DNA of 64,000 nt from an uncultured candidate division Zixibacteria bacterium (GCA_963664195.1 OY760907.1:1952001-2016000), one strand, 5' to 3'. Numbered from the stretch's first letter, positions 8,896 to 19,095 are shown. Numbers and translations: made by a program. Notes: generated by a model not told the origin, from the sequence alone.

Positions 8896-10410
8896 ATGAG
8901 ACGATCGGTCTCACACAAGTTCAGTCGACTGGTTGCACTAATCCTGATGCTTGCCGTGTGTTTGATTTCGTCGGGCAATGCCCGCGAACTGACATTGAAT
9001 CAGGCTCTGGACCAGGCCCTGGGACATACTGCCCGAGGTGGGATGATCAAGGGTAATCTGGAAGTCGCCGAACAACAGTACAAGGCGCGGCGGATCAATA
9101 TGTTCCTGCCGGAGATTTCCATCAACGGTTCCCTGCCGACTTACAGCCGTGATAACAGCTACCGTGCGTTTAATAATGCCTTCGACCGTCGGTTGTTCGA
9201 AACCACCAATCTCGATTTCAATTCCTTCATTGAGTTGAAGCAGTCACTCATAACGGGAGGAACGCTGACGGCCACGGCCGACCTGACCAAGAATGACTAC
9301 GAGTATCCGTTTAATGAGATTGACATGAGAATCGATGAATTCGGTGACACCTCCTACGTTACGACCCGGCGATTCGTCACAGAGGACACGCGTCAGGGAT
9401 CGTTCCGATTCTCGCTTGATCAGCCGCTGTTCAGACCGTCGCAGGTGAAGTATGACCTGCATAATCGCAGAGACGACTATGAAATCGCCAAAATGACCCA
9501 CATTGAGGAGCGCGCCACGCTGAAAAAAGAGATGACCGAGGCGTACATGAGCGTGCTGCAATCGACTATCAGCCTCGAGATGACCGCCGACAAGCTCGAA
9601 AAGGCGAAGCTCAGAACCGCCATTGACTCGGCGAAACTGGCCGATGGTGTGCTCTCCGAGGAAGACTACTTGCTGTCGGCGTCCGACCGGCTCGATGCCG
9701 AACTGGAGCATTTTGAAAAACGCACCGAAACAGAGGAGCTTCGTCGCGAGCTGGCAACCCTGCTGGATATGGACATCGACATTGATCTTGAGCTTTCCGA
9801 GCCGGTGCTGACTCCCCCGCCGGATCAGGACGCCCGGGATCGTCTCGCCGAGGCCTGGGAACAAACGGTGCCGATCAATAAGGCCCGCCACCAGTTTGAC
9901 AAGGCTGAACGTCAGGCAGGTTTCTCTGCCTCGGGTCACCGTATCACGGGCGACTTGAAAGCGAGTTATCAGTTTGGTCGAGGCGATGTCTACAAGGACT
10001 ACGCCGACGATGAGAAGATCGAAACTTCAGGTCTTTCGATTTCGCTGCAGTTCCGTGTCCCTCTCTGGGACGGTGGTGCCGGCAGCGCTGCTACCAAGGC
10101 CGCCAGGTACGAGGCGGAGCAGGCCAGGTACGAGTATATGCGGGCAGAGCGGTCGGCTCAGGCCCAGATTATCAACCTCTGCAACCAGTTGGATGTCAGC
10201 TACCAGCGTCTTGACATCAAGCGGCAGCAGATTGATTTGGCCGGGAATCGGCTCGATATCGCCAAAACCCGTCATGAAGATGGGCAGATTTCTATGTTGA
10301 CCCTGCTGGAAAGCCGGATATTTTACCTTGAGAGTAAAAACAGCTACCTTGATGAGTTGAAATCGTATCTGGTGAACCAGATAGAGCTTGAAGGCAAATT
10401 CATAAACTAA
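8896..10410 (+). CDS. TolC-family outer membrane efflux protein
   Basis: Signal peptide, LTLNQALDQAL, helical repeats, VPLWDGG, RHEDGQIS; in operon with adaptor and permease. Confidence 0.85.
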   Translation: MRRSVSHKFSRLVALILMLAVCLISSGNARELTLNQALDQALGHTARGGMIKGNLEVAEQQYKARRINMFLPEISINGSLPTYSRDNSYRAFNNAFDRRLFETTNLDFNSFIELKQSLITGGTLTATADLTKNDYEYPFNEIDMRIDEFGDTSYVTTRRFVTEDTRQGSFRFSLDQPLFRPSQVKYDLHNRRDDYEIAKMTHIEERATLKKEMTEAYMSVLQSTISLEMTADKLEKAKLRTAIDSAKLADGVLSEEDYLLSASDRLDAELEHFEKRTETEELRRELATLLDMDIDIDLELSEPVLTPPPDQDARDRLAEAWEQTVPINKARHQFDKAERQAGFSASGHRITGDLKASYQFGRGDVYKDYADDEKIETSGLSISLQFRVPLWDGGAGSAATKAARYEAEQARYEYMRAERSAQAQIINLCNQLDVSYQRLDIKRQQIDLAGNRLDIAKTRHEDGQISMLTLLESRIFYLESKNSYLDELKSYLVNQIELEGKFIN

Positions 10411-11451
10411 ATGGGTCAGAAAATTCTCATCCGCACGCCCAATCATCTCGGTGATTGCGTTATGGCGCTGCCCATGATCAACGAGGCGAGAGAAGCTTAC
10501 CCCGGTGCCTCGATTACGATTCTCACCCCGGAGCACCTGCAGGAGTTATTCCATCGCAATCCCGGTGTTGATAAGATTCTGACTATTCCGTCCAGTCACG
10601 TCCACGGCGTGATGGCGATTTTCAAGATCAAAGAGATTATCGCTCCGCACAATTTCGAGATTGGTTTCATCCTGCCCCCTTCGTTTGGCGCCGCCAGCGG
10701 GTTCAAACTGGCCGGGATAAAGGAACGGATCGGATACATCGCCGACGGCCGTCGTTTGCTCCTCTCAAAGCCGCTGCCGCTGCCGACTCCGTTGAATTCC
10801 GAGCATCGTTCGACCATCTATTTTGATCTTCTCCGGCGCGGTTCCGGCAAAGAGCTGGAATATGTGAAGCCGAAACTATTCCTCGATGAGGAAGACGGCC
10901 GTCAGGGGATGGAGCTGCTCTCGGGCTACGGAATCAAGGAAGACGACAATTACGCTGTCGTGGCGTTTCGCGCAGTGGGAGAGTCGCGACGATGGGGCAT
11001 CGACAATTACACCGAGTTGTCGCGGCGGTTGATCGACCAATTTGAGATGAAAGTAGTTCTCGTTGGTTCCAGCGCCGATCGCGAAAACGGCGAGGAGATC
11101 ATCGTCGGTGCTGGTAACGGGCGTATCGCCAACCTGGCGGGGAAGACCTCGCTGCGGGAGCTGGCCGCTATCTGTGCCAACGCCGAGGTGTTTGTCGGCA
11201 ACGATTCAGGACCCGCTCATCTGGCGGCCTCGGTCGGCATCCCGATTGTTGTGTTGTCAGGAGCCGATGATCCCAAGGAAACCTCGCCGATATCGAGCCA
11301 GAAGCGATTGATCTATCGCGATACCCTCGAGTGCATTAGCTGCGTCAAGAATAAGTGTCCGATGAAGGGAGACGATGCTATGCGATGCATGAAAGAAATC
11401 GCGGTCGACGATGTCGTTCTGCAGATTCACGAACTCCTGGGCATTGCTTAA
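10411..11451 (+). CDS. waaF: Lipopolysaccharide heptosyltransferase II (GT9)
   Basis: KILIRTPNHLGDCVMALP, NLAGKTSLREL, VGNDSGPAHLAA, terminal C..C...C...C. Confidence 0.88.
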   Translation: MGQKILIRTPNHLGDCVMALPMINEAREAYPGASITILTPEHLQELFHRNPGVDKILTIPSSHVHGVMAIFKIKEIIAPHNFEIGFILPPSFGAASGFKLAGIKERIGYIADGRRLLLSKPLPLPTPLNSEHRSTIYFDLLRRGSGKELEYVKPKLFLDEEDGRQGMELLSGYGIKEDDNYAVVAFRAVGESRRWGIDNYTELSRRLIDQFEMKVVLVGSSADRENGEEIIVGAGNGRIANLAGKTSLRELAAICANAEVFVGNDSGPAHLAASVGIPIVVLSGADDPKETSPISSQKRLIYRDTLECISCVKNKCPMKGDDAMRCMKEIAVDDVVLQIHELLGIA

Positions 11452-11546
11452 CGCCGCGCCCGATTCCCCACCTCACAATCCCGATAGTTGAATTCTCCTT
11501 CGTGGCGAAAACTTGGATTTCTTTCGTAGGGCAGGTTTGTCCTCAG

Positions 11547-11600
11547 TGTATAGTATCATGAGATAGGTAACAAGTTGTGTCAGGACATAGGTTACACTTT
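11547..11600. mobile_element. Orphan IS481-family-like terminal repeat (remnant)
   Basis: Begins TGT; two 13-bp direct repeats GAGATAGGTAACA (11560) and GACATAGGTTACA (11584), then CTTT; no transposase. Confidence 0.55.
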
Positions 11601-11618
11601 TGGTGTATCTTGAGTCTT

Positions 11619-11680
11619 GTAGGTCAGAACCCCTGCGGCTCTGACAGGAAGATGTCGAGACTACAGGAGTCTCGACCTAC
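11619..11680. repeat. Inverted REP-like doublet (GTAG-hairpin ... hairpin-CTAC)
   Basis: GTAG-GTCAGAACC-CCTGC-GGCTCTGAC and, on the minus strand, GTAG-GTCGAGACT-CCTGT-AGTCTCGAC; related copies at 59559 and 63109. Confidence 0.75.
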
Positions 11681-11707
11681 GACAACCCGTCGATGCTTGC
11701 ACCATCT

Positions 11708-11932
11708 CTATTTCGTTGCGAAAAACTGGAAGTAAATCAGGACTGACAGGACGAGTGTGAAAAGGATCCCCGAAAGGAAGCCGGTGCGAAACGTGTCCAG
11801 CTTCTTGAGCGGGTTCTTCTGTTTTCTCGATGACCCGCCAAGCTCCGCATGGCAATGCTTGCATCGGGTGGCGCCGACCGCGATTTTCTCGCGACAGAAA
11901 GGGCATCGGGCTGTTTCTACGGCGACAGACAT
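11708..11932 (-). CDS. Small zinc-ribbon protein with C-terminal TM helix (UPF0547-like)
   Basis: CPFCREKI...ATRCKHC followed by a hydrophobic C-terminal segment; ATG at 11932. Confidence 0.75.
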   Translation of the reverse strand: MSVAVETARCPFCREKIAVGATRCKHCHAELGGSSRKQKNPLKKLDTFRTGFLSGILFTLVLSVLIYFQFFATK

Positions 11933-12037
11933 GGGGGGAATTATCTGCGGTTCAGAGCGTTTGATCAACAAAAATCCGGCGGAGGCGTTTCGCCATCTCT
12001 TCGTGACTCAGGTTAAACGAATGCCGCAAGGTTGCTT

Positions 12038-12065
12038 CGCAGGTCTGTCTTCAGACCTGCGCTAC
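12038..12065 (-). repeat. REP-like GTAG hairpin (second family)
   Basis: Minus strand GTAG-CGCAGGTCTG-AAGA-CAGACCTGCG, perfect 10-bp stem; related arms at 59486-59528. Confidence 0.6.
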
Positions 12066-12080
12066 CGAAGCGTGAATGCT

Positions 12081-12419
12081 CTACTTCTCCGACTTCTCCA
12101 TGCCTGTTGTTTCGGTTGAATTCTCGAAACCGATCGGTTTGGTCACCTGGTGCGGAGTGCCGTGGACTTTGATTTCGCCGAATTGTCCCTCGAATTTCTT
12201 CAAGTTTTCTTCGAGTGCCCTGTGCATCAGCTTGGCGTGCATCGGGGTCATGATGATGCGCGACAGCACCCTCGCTTTGGGTGAGCGCGGCATTACGCGG
12301 GCGAAATCGATTATCATCTCCGTAGCCGAATGAGTTATCATCGCCAGATTGGCGTAAATCCCTTCAGCTTCTTTGTCGCCGAGTTCGATATTGATCTGGT
12401 GTTGCGATTGGGGGTTCAT
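12081..12419 (-). CDS. DUF3467-family protein
   Basis: QINIEL..KEAEGIYANLA.I.HS.TE.IIDF...P..PKARV.SRII.TP.HAK...RAL.EN...FE..FGEI pattern. Confidence 0.85.
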   Translation of the reverse strand: MNPQSQHQINIELGDKEAEGIYANLAMITHSATEMIIDFARVMPRSPKARVLSRIIMTPMHAKLMHRALEENLKKFEGQFGEIKVHGTPHQVTKPIGFENSTETTGMEKSEK

Positions 12420-12557
12420 GGGCTATATCCTCTTGAACGTCAATAGGGTGCTTCTTCGCTTGTATCGGGAACCGAAGTTTAATATATTTGGCCCTTGTGT
12501 CAATTGAATTGTGGGAACGGAGGCAGAGATACTGCCATCTCGCTGAATTGGAGAAAC

Positions 12558-13583
12558 ATGTCTCTCGGGCGTGAGCGTATTGAGCATATTACCGACTCGA
12601 TCGGTAAGGCTAAAGTCCTGATTCTTGGCGACACCATGCTGGATGAGTATCTCTTCGGCAAGGTCGAACGAATATCCCCGGAAGCCCCTGTTCCGGTGGT
12701 GGACATAGAATCCAACCGACAACTGCTCGGCGGTGCGGCCAACGTGGCAGCCAACATCCGGGCACTCGGCGACGAACCCATCCTGGTGGGAACGGTCGGT
12801 GAGGACGATGCCGCCTCGAATCTCAGGCGTCTTCTCGCGGACAAAGACATAGCCTCCGAATACCTCGTGGTCGACCAATCACGCCAGACTACTATCAAAA
12901 CCCGCATCATGGCCCATAACCAGCAGGTTGTTCGCGCGGATCGAGAGACTCGTCACGAACTCTCAGAGGATATCGAAAACGAAGTTTTTGATCGTATCAT
13001 AAGAGTCGCGGACTCGATTGCCGCAATTATCATCTCTGACTACGGTAAAGGTGTCATCACGCTGTCGCTTCTTAGGCGAGTGATAGAGCTTTGCCAGGAG
13101 AAAAAGATATTCATCGCGGTCGATCCCAAAGAAACCCGCTTTCACAATTATGAACGCGTATCGCTCATCACGCCCAACCACCTCGAGGCCGGGTTTGCCT
13201 GGGGACGGCGGATCAACACCGAGGAAGACCTGCTTGAGGTTGGCAACGGTTTGCTTGAAAAGCTCCAGGCGGAAAACATTTTGATCACGCGTGGTGCCCA
13301 GGGGATGTCGCTGTTCCGTTCCGGCCAAGAGCCGACACATATTCCGACTTTTGCACGTCGAGTGTACGATGTCACCGGTGCCGGTGATACCGTCATCGCG
13401 ACTTTTGTCTCGGCTATCGCTGCCGGGGCCGATCCGGTCGAGGCAGCGATAGTCGCCAACGCCGGGGCCGGATTCACGGTTGCCGAGGTGGGGACGGCCT
13501 CAATCACGTTGGCCGATCTCAAGAGAGAACTCGAGCACCACATCAAAAACGGCAACCTGGACACCGACAGTCTTCAGGCCTGA
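12558..13583 (+). CDS. rfaE1: D-glycero-beta-D-manno-heptose-7-phosphate kinase
   Basis: GDTMLDEY..G.VERISPEAPVPV, GGAANVAAN, SDYGKG, VYDVTGAGDT; ATG 12558 after GGAG. Confidence 0.93.
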   Translation: MSLGRERIEHITDSIGKAKVLILGDTMLDEYLFGKVERISPEAPVPVVDIESNRQLLGGAANVAANIRALGDEPILVGTVGEDDAASNLRRLLADKDIASEYLVVDQSRQTTIKTRIMAHNQQVVRADRETRHELSEDIENEVFDRIIRVADSIAAIIISDYGKGVITLSLLRRVIELCQEKKIFIAVDPKETRFHNYERVSLITPNHLEAGFAWGRRINTEEDLLEVGNGLLEKLQAENILITRGAQGMSLFRSGQEPTHIPTFARRVYDVTGAGDTVIATFVSAIAAGADPVEAAIVANAGAGFTVAEVGTASITLADLKRELEHHIKNGNLDTDSLQA

Positions 13584-13647
13584 TGACGGCATCGACCAGC
13601 CACTCCGTGAGACGACACAAACTGCATCGGAGATCGAAAGGAAAACA

Positions 13648-14568
13648 ATGAAACGACTGCTTATCGCGCTGGCCCTGCTGGCTCTCTTCGGATGTTCATC
13701 CGAAGGCCCCAAAGACTCAACTCCCCTTGAGTTCACTTTCAGCCCTCCCGATTCAGTCACCTACACGGAAGTGTCTGTCTCTGAGCGCATTCAGAAGTTT
13801 GGCGACGCCGACCCGATGATCGACAGCACTCGAGCCTATGCCGTTCATACGCTGGTTGCGACCGATAGCGGCTATGAGTTGCAGAGCCGGACAGATTCGA
13901 TGTACACCACACGCAACGGTGAATTGCTCGATGATCCGACTCGCGAGATTCTGCCCCGGGTTACTTTCGTGCGAGTGATGGACACCGGTGGTACCGCTCT
14001 CGACATTCTTGGGTACGACAGGTTTTATGCTCTAATCGACTCCTCTCTCGATCCTCAGTTTGCGGCTCGCATGAAGCAGAATATGCCGCCACGAATGATG
14101 GTGGAACGCGAACTCCTGACCTGGAACACCAAGCACGGGCAACTGGCTTCGCTCAACGCTGGACTCAACGAACGAGTGTATGAGTCATCCCCGATGCCGC
14201 TTCCTAACGGCGATTCGCTTGCCAGTTTCCAATCAGCGGAGATCATTGACACTTTCAGGACTGACGGCGTTCTATTGGCCCGCGTGAAAACGCACTCGCA
14301 CACCGATCTCCGTGCCCTCGCAGCTTTGTTGCCGCCGACTTTCGACGAACTCAAGGAAATGTATAAGATCGACGATAGTGTTGTTGCCGCCAACGCCGAA
14401 AAACATATCGTTATCAGCGAGACCGTGGAAACGGTCGTCGAAGTTGAAACGATGCTGATACACTCTGAATCGCGACGGCAGGAGATCGACATCGATCAGA
14501 CCGGCTCCGGCGGACAGGTAATGAAGATTAACGTGGTCGAAACCAATCATGCGGAATTCACCTACTGA
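13648..14568 (+). CDS. Hypothetical lipoprotein
   Basis: MKRLLIALALLALFGC lipobox; AAGGA RBS; beta-rich 306-aa product. Confidence 0.75.
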   Translation: MKRLLIALALLALFGCSSEGPKDSTPLEFTFSPPDSVTYTEVSVSERIQKFGDADPMIDSTRAYAVHTLVATDSGYELQSRTDSMYTTRNGELLDDPTREILPRVTFVRVMDTGGTALDILGYDRFYALIDSSLDPQFAARMKQNMPPRMMVERELLTWNTKHGQLASLNAGLNERVYESSPMPLPNGDSLASFQSAEIIDTFRTDGVLLARVKTHSHTDLRALAALLPPTFDELKEMYKIDDSVVAANAEKHIVISETVETVVEVETMLIHSESRRQEIDIDQTGSGGQVMKINVVETNHAEFTY

Positions 14569-14571
14569 TCT

Positions 14572-15030
14572 ATGCTGACAGCGAGGAAAGACGCCGGCAA
14601 TCTCGGCGAGAATCTCCGACGGCAGGGCATGAAAATCGTCTTCACCAACGGTGTGTTTGACGTTCTTCATCGCGGCCATGTTGACTATCTCGCGAAAGCG
14701 AAGTCATTCGGCGACATTCTGATAGTCGGACTGAACTCCGACAAATCCGTCCGGTCGATCAAAGGGCCGTCGCGACCGCTCCAGAATCAGCGGGACCGGG
14801 CGGCGATTCTGTTGGCCCTGAAAGCGGTCGACTTCGTGATCGTGTTTGGCGAGGACACGCCCGACAAGCTCATCAGGCAGTTGAGGCCGCACGTCCTGGT
14901 GAAAGGCGCGGACTACAAGATCTCAGAAATCGTCGGCGCCCACTTTGTGAAGTCGATCGGGGGAGAGGTGAAACGAGTCCGACTATCCAAGGGGCGATCC
15001 TCGACCGGTTTGATCGAGAAGATGTCGTAG
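14572..15030 (+). CDS. rfaE2: D-glycero-beta-D-manno-heptose-1-phosphate adenylyltransferase
   Basis: VFTNGVFDVLHRGHV, VGLNSD.SV..IKG.SRP, LVKGADY, SST. Confidence 0.93.
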   Translation: MLTARKDAGNLGENLRRQGMKIVFTNGVFDVLHRGHVDYLAKAKSFGDILIVGLNSDKSVRSIKGPSRPLQNQRDRAAILLALKAVDFVIVFGEDTPDKLIRQLRPHVLVKGADYKISEIVGAHFVKSIGGEVKRVRLSKGRSSTGLIEKMS

Positions 15031-15104
15031 GGTGGACCGTTGCCGTGTGAGCGGCAATCGATGCTTCCTTGCATTTTCATCGGCCAGTTGTTATCTACAA
15101 AACT

Positions 15105-15731
15105 ATGAACGTCGACATTGACAGCGGAAAAATGTCTCTTCAGGAACAACTTGTATCTGAGGGTTACTGGGTGGCCTGCGCGGCGAAATCTCTCGATGAG
15201 GGCAGGTTCTCTGTCGCGGTGCGGTTATGCAAAGAGCATCTGCCCGATCAGCCGGACTTGATTTCCGGGCATCTGGTCTACGGTCGTGCACTCTTTCAGG
15301 CCGGGCAGGCCGAATCAGCGGCGGATCAGTTTCACCGCGTACTCGCCTTTGATCCGGAGAATCTCGTAGCGCTGAAATATCTTGGTGACGTCAAATTCGC
15401 TTCCGGTGATGAACTGGCCGCCATGGCCAACTACCGTCGCATTCTCGAAATCGACCCTCTCTGTTGCGGCTTGAAGTCAAGTGTGCGGAAACCCTCGTCG
15501 GAGAAGACTCGCTCCATCACGCTCAATCGTCCGGCCGCGCAGGAAACAGGCAAACGCTCCTCGCGGGAGATCCCTTTCTTTACCGAGACGATGGGTGATC
15601 TGTACCTCGCACAGGGGTACAATCGGTTGGCGTCGAGAGTCTTCAACCATCTTATCGAACACAACGAAAACCCCCGTCTGGCCGAGAAACTGGCCCGCGC
15701 ACAGGGGAAGATAAAGGACAAGGAGAGTTAA
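15105..15731 (+). CDS. Tetratricopeptide repeat protein
   Basis: TPR pattern GHLVYGRAL, VLAFDPEN..ALKYLGD, ILEIDP; C-terminal TETMGDLYLAQG; start uncertain (15105 or 15132). Confidence 0.8.
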   Translation: MNVDIDSGKMSLQEQLVSEGYWVACAAKSLDEGRFSVAVRLCKEHLPDQPDLISGHLVYGRALFQAGQAESAADQFHRVLAFDPENLVALKYLGDVKFASGDELAAMANYRRILEIDPLCCGLKSSVRKPSSEKTRSITLNRPAAQETGKRSSREIPFFTETMGDLYLAQGYNRLASRVFNHLIEHNENPRLAEKLARAQGKIKDKES

Positions 15732-15733
15732 CC

Positions 15734-16807
15734 ATGTCAGTCAAGCGCATTGCTGAATTGCGGAAACAGTACAAAGCCGAAAACCTCGATGGCATGATAA
15801 TGACCGACCTCAACCAGGTCCGCTACTTGACCGGATTCACCGGCAGCGCCGGACTGCTTGCAATTACCGACAAGAGATCGGAGTTCTTCACCGACTCTCG
15901 CTACACTGTCCAGGCCAAAAAACAGGTCAAGGGTGCCAGAGTCTACACGGTCAAGAGTCAGCCGATAGCTGCACTGAAGGATTTCCCGTACTTCAATACC
16001 AAAAACGCCCGATACGGCTTCTCCGGCGAAACACTAAGTGTCAGCTCACTCAAATCTCTCCAGGGCGTGTTGTCCGACTGTCTTCTGATTCCGGCCGATA
16101 GCATGTTGACTGAGCTGGGCTGGGTCAAAGATCGTGATGAAATCGCTCTGATCAAACAGGCCTGCGAGATTTCCGATACCGCTTTCGAGCGCATTCTCCA
16201 GTTGGTCGCACCGGGTATTCGGGAACGTGAATTGACTGCCGAGCTTGAGTATCAGATGATGATGCTGGGATCGGAGAAACCGGCCTTTGAGACTATTTGC
16301 GCCTCCGGTTACCGCTCGGCAATGCCGCACGGAATAGCATCGGACAAGAAGGTCAGAAAGGGTGATTTTGTGACATTTGATTTTGGAGCCACGGTTGGTG
16401 GGTACGTTTCCGACATGACCCGCACGGTTGTTGTTGGCAGGGCCGATGCAAAGCAGAAGAAAATCTACGGCACGGTGTTGAAAGCCCAAATGGCGGGTGT
16501 TCGCAAGGTCAAAGCAGGTGTTTCCGGCAAGGTCGTTGATGACGCCTGTCGTAAGATTATCACCAGAGCCGGATATGGCAAGAATTTCGGTCACGGCACT
16601 GGCCACGGCATCGGGTTTGTCGTCCACACGGGGCCGCGAGTGTCTCCGCTGTCCGACGATAAATTGAAGCCCAACAACATAGTAACGGTAGAGCCGGGGA
16701 TTTATCTCGACGGCTGGGGCGGGGTGCGAATCGAGGACGATGTCCTGGTCACCCGGACCGGCGGTACGGTGCTGAACAAAGCGGAAAAAAAGTTGTTGGA
16801 ACTGTAA
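15734..16807 (+). CDS. Xaa-Pro peptidase (M24B, aminopeptidase P family)
   Basis: YLTGFTGS, TDSRY, DFGA..GY.SDMTRT, HGTGHGIG, TVEPGIY, GVRIEDD. Confidence 0.93.
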   Translation: MSVKRIAELRKQYKAENLDGMIMTDLNQVRYLTGFTGSAGLLAITDKRSEFFTDSRYTVQAKKQVKGARVYTVKSQPIAALKDFPYFNTKNARYGFSGETLSVSSLKSLQGVLSDCLLIPADSMLTELGWVKDRDEIALIKQACEISDTAFERILQLVAPGIRERELTAELEYQMMMLGSEKPAFETICASGYRSAMPHGIASDKKVRKGDFVTFDFGATVGGYVSDMTRTVVVGRADAKQKKIYGTVLKAQMAGVRKVKAGVSGKVVDDACRKIITRAGYGKNFGHGTGHGIGFVVHTGPRVSPLSDDKLKPNNIVTVEPGIYLDGWGGVRIEDDVLVTRTGGTVLNKAEKKLLEL

Positions 16808-16903
16808 GGCCCAAACGATATCATCGATTATTAAACGGTGAATTGTCTTGTACCCAGGGCATCGGTGTGCCTATGTGCTGATGCCTGCAGGTGAGGAACT
16901 GAA

Positions 16904-17395
16904 ATGAACGAGAATTATATTAAGAAACTTATAAAGCTGGTTGAAGATTCCGAAATAGAGTGCCTTGAGGTGTCGAACTGGGGACGCAAAATACGTATCA
17001 CTCATCGTCTCAGTGCCACTTCAAACGGTCACAGCGCCACAAATGTGGTCATTCCTCAGCCAGTCACTGCCGCTCCCGCTCCGGCTCCGCAGCCGATTAC
17101 GGCCCCCCCAGCAGTGGAAGCACAGCCCCAACCTGCCGACAATAAGAGTAACTTGGTTGAGATCAAGTCACCCATGGTCGGCACCTTCTATTCGGCGCCC
17201 GCGCCTGATGCCGACCCGTATGTGTCCGTCAACGAGAAGGTTACCTCCGGACAGGTAGTCTGTATCGTTGAGGCCATGAAACTGATGAACGAGATCGAGT
17301 CGGAAGTCAGCGGTCGGATAGTCGAAATTCTCGGCGAAAACGGCAAGCCGGTAGAATTCGGCCAGATCCTTTTCAGGATCGATCCCAAAGGCTGA
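16904..17395 (+). CDS. accB: Acetyl-CoA carboxylase biotin carboxyl carrier protein
   Basis: [17 protein letters not shown] (biotinyl Lys), Pro/Ala linker. Confidence 0.96.
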   Translation: MNENYIKKLIKLVEDSEIECLEVSNWGRKIRITHRLSATSNGHSATNVVIPQPVTAAPAPAPQPITAPPAVEAQPQPADNKSNLVEIKSPMVGTFYSAPAPDADPYVSVNEKVTSGQVVCIVEAMKLMNEIESEVSGRIVEILGENGKPVEFGQILFRIDPKG

Positions 17396-17421
17396 TCCCC
17401 GAGCTCGGGAAAGGGAATTCC

Positions 17422-18621
17422 ATGACGCTCAAGCAGATGCTGGTTGAAATGCTCAACCGCAAGGCATCCGATCTGCACATTAGAGTCGGTATTCGACCCA
17501 ACCTCAGGGTGAACGGCACCCTTGAGCAGATTGCCACCGAACCGATCACGATCGACGATATGGATCAGATTGTCACGCAGATTCTCAACGAGAAACAGCG
17601 TGAGCGATTCTACCGCAAAAACGAAATGGACCTCGCTCTTTCCGTGGCCAAACTCGGCCGCTTCCGTATCAACCTGTTCCGTCAGCGCGGTACCGGCGGT
17701 ATCGCCATTCGTGCCGTCAACACGAAAGTCCCGTCGTTTGAAGAACTTAATCTGCCGCCGCTGATCAAAGACCTGTCAAAAGAACGTCGCGGACTGATCG
17801 TTCTTACCGGCACCACCGGTTCCGGCAAATCAACTTCTCTGGCCGCCGTGCTTGAAGAAATGAACGCCACTGCGCCGCTTAATATCCTCACGGTCGAGGA
17901 CCCGATCGAGTATATCTATCGCGACAAAAAAGCGATCATCTCGCAACGTGAAGTTGGCGGTGACACCGAGTCGTTCTCGTCGGCGCTGCGCCATGCCTTC
18001 CGTCAGGATCCCGACGTTATCCTCATCGGTGAGGTACGTGACCTGGAAACGATGTCCATTGCGCTGACCGCGGCCGATACCGGCCACCTCGTATTGACCT
18101 CGCTTCACACGCTGAACGTGGTCGAGACGATTACGCGTATTATTTCTTTCTTCCCGCCGCACCAGCATCAGCAGATTCGTCTGCTGCTCGGCGGTACACT
18201 CAAGGCTATTGTGTGTCAGCGACTGCTCGCACGCGCCGATATGCCCGGACGAGTCCCTGCGCTTGAGATCATGGTAAACTCCGGCGCCGTACGCGAGTGT
18301 ATCATGGACCCGACCAAGACTGTTGACATCCCGGAGCTCATGGAAGGCGGCAACACGCAGTACGGCATGCAGACGTTTGATCAGTCGATCATGAAGCTGC
18401 ACAAAGCGGGGATGATTTCGTTTGAGGAGGCGATGGCTAACGCGTCGAATCCCGACGATCTCGATCTTCGTCTCAAGGGCATAACCGGTGCCGCCGACCG
18501 TTGGGCCGATGGCAGTGGTGGAGGTGATTCCGGCGGCTCGGAACCGGAAGGTTTCGCCGGTCTGTCGGACGCCAACAACCGCTCCAACAAAGAGCTTCCC
18601 GGCGGGTTTAACAAGTATTAG
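17422..18621 (+). CDS. Type IV pilus retraction ATPase, PilT/PilU family
   Basis: ASDLHI, GTTGSGKST, TVEDPIE, QREVG.DT, RQDPDVILIGE, TGHLV..LH, GMQTFDQS. Confidence 0.92.
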   Translation: MTLKQMLVEMLNRKASDLHIRVGIRPNLRVNGTLEQIATEPITIDDMDQIVTQILNEKQRERFYRKNEMDLALSVAKLGRFRINLFRQRGTGGIAIRAVNTKVPSFEELNLPPLIKDLSKERRGLIVLTGTTGSGKSTSLAAVLEEMNATAPLNILTVEDPIEYIYRDKKAIISQREVGGDTESFSSALRHAFRQDPDVILIGEVRDLETMSIALTAADTGHLVLTSLHTLNVVETITRIISFFPPHQHQQIRLLLGGTLKAIVCQRLLARADMPGRVPALEIMVNSGAVRECIMDPTKTVDIPELMEGGNTQYGMQTFDQSIMKLHKAGMISFEEAMANASNPDDLDLRLKGITGAADRWADGSGGGDSGGSEPEGFAGLSDANNRSNKELPGGFNKY

Positions 18622-18650
18622 GCTGGCAGTGACCAGTCGTTAGCGAATGT

Positions 18651-18692
18651 GCCGTCAGGTGATTATCCCATCTGACGGCCTTTTTTCTTTTG
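18651..18692 (+). terminator. Intrinsic terminator after PilT-family gene
   Basis: Stem GCCGTCAGGTG/CATCTGACGGC followed by TTTTTTCTTTT. Confidence 0.8.
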
Positions 18693-18743
18693 TTTACGTG
18701 GGCGGCAGACGCCAGCGACGCTGTGTGACCCCGTCTGACCGGA

Positions 18744-18783
18744 CTCACCCCTTATGTGTGCGGTAAGGCGACCCCGCCTGACC
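18744..18783 (+). repeat. Left copy of 40-bp imperfect inverted repeat (REP/MITE-like)
   Basis: CTCACCCCTTATGTGTGCGGTAAGGCGACCCCGCCTGACC matches the reverse complement of 20171-20210 at 32/40. Confidence 0.7.
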
Positions 18784-19095
18784 GCGCCGGGCATACATGC
18801 TCTCACACTCGATCTGGCGTGTCGAGTTGCCGCCGGGCGGGGACGTCCTACGAGTCTTTTCCTTTGGCGCTCTCGGTATTTCCGTCGGCCTTCCACTCCT
18901 GCGGCGGGCCGGCGTTCACGGCAGGTTGAACGTTTGACTTTCGGCTCGCGTCATATATCTTGAAGAGAGTCTTCGACTGCACTGATTTTCGTGTGGATTA
19001 GGGAGGGATATATGTCAATCAAACAGCGACCAAGAACCTGCGATGCCGTGTCGCACGGACGCAAGCGGATGAGGCACTCAAGCGAGGGGACTAAT

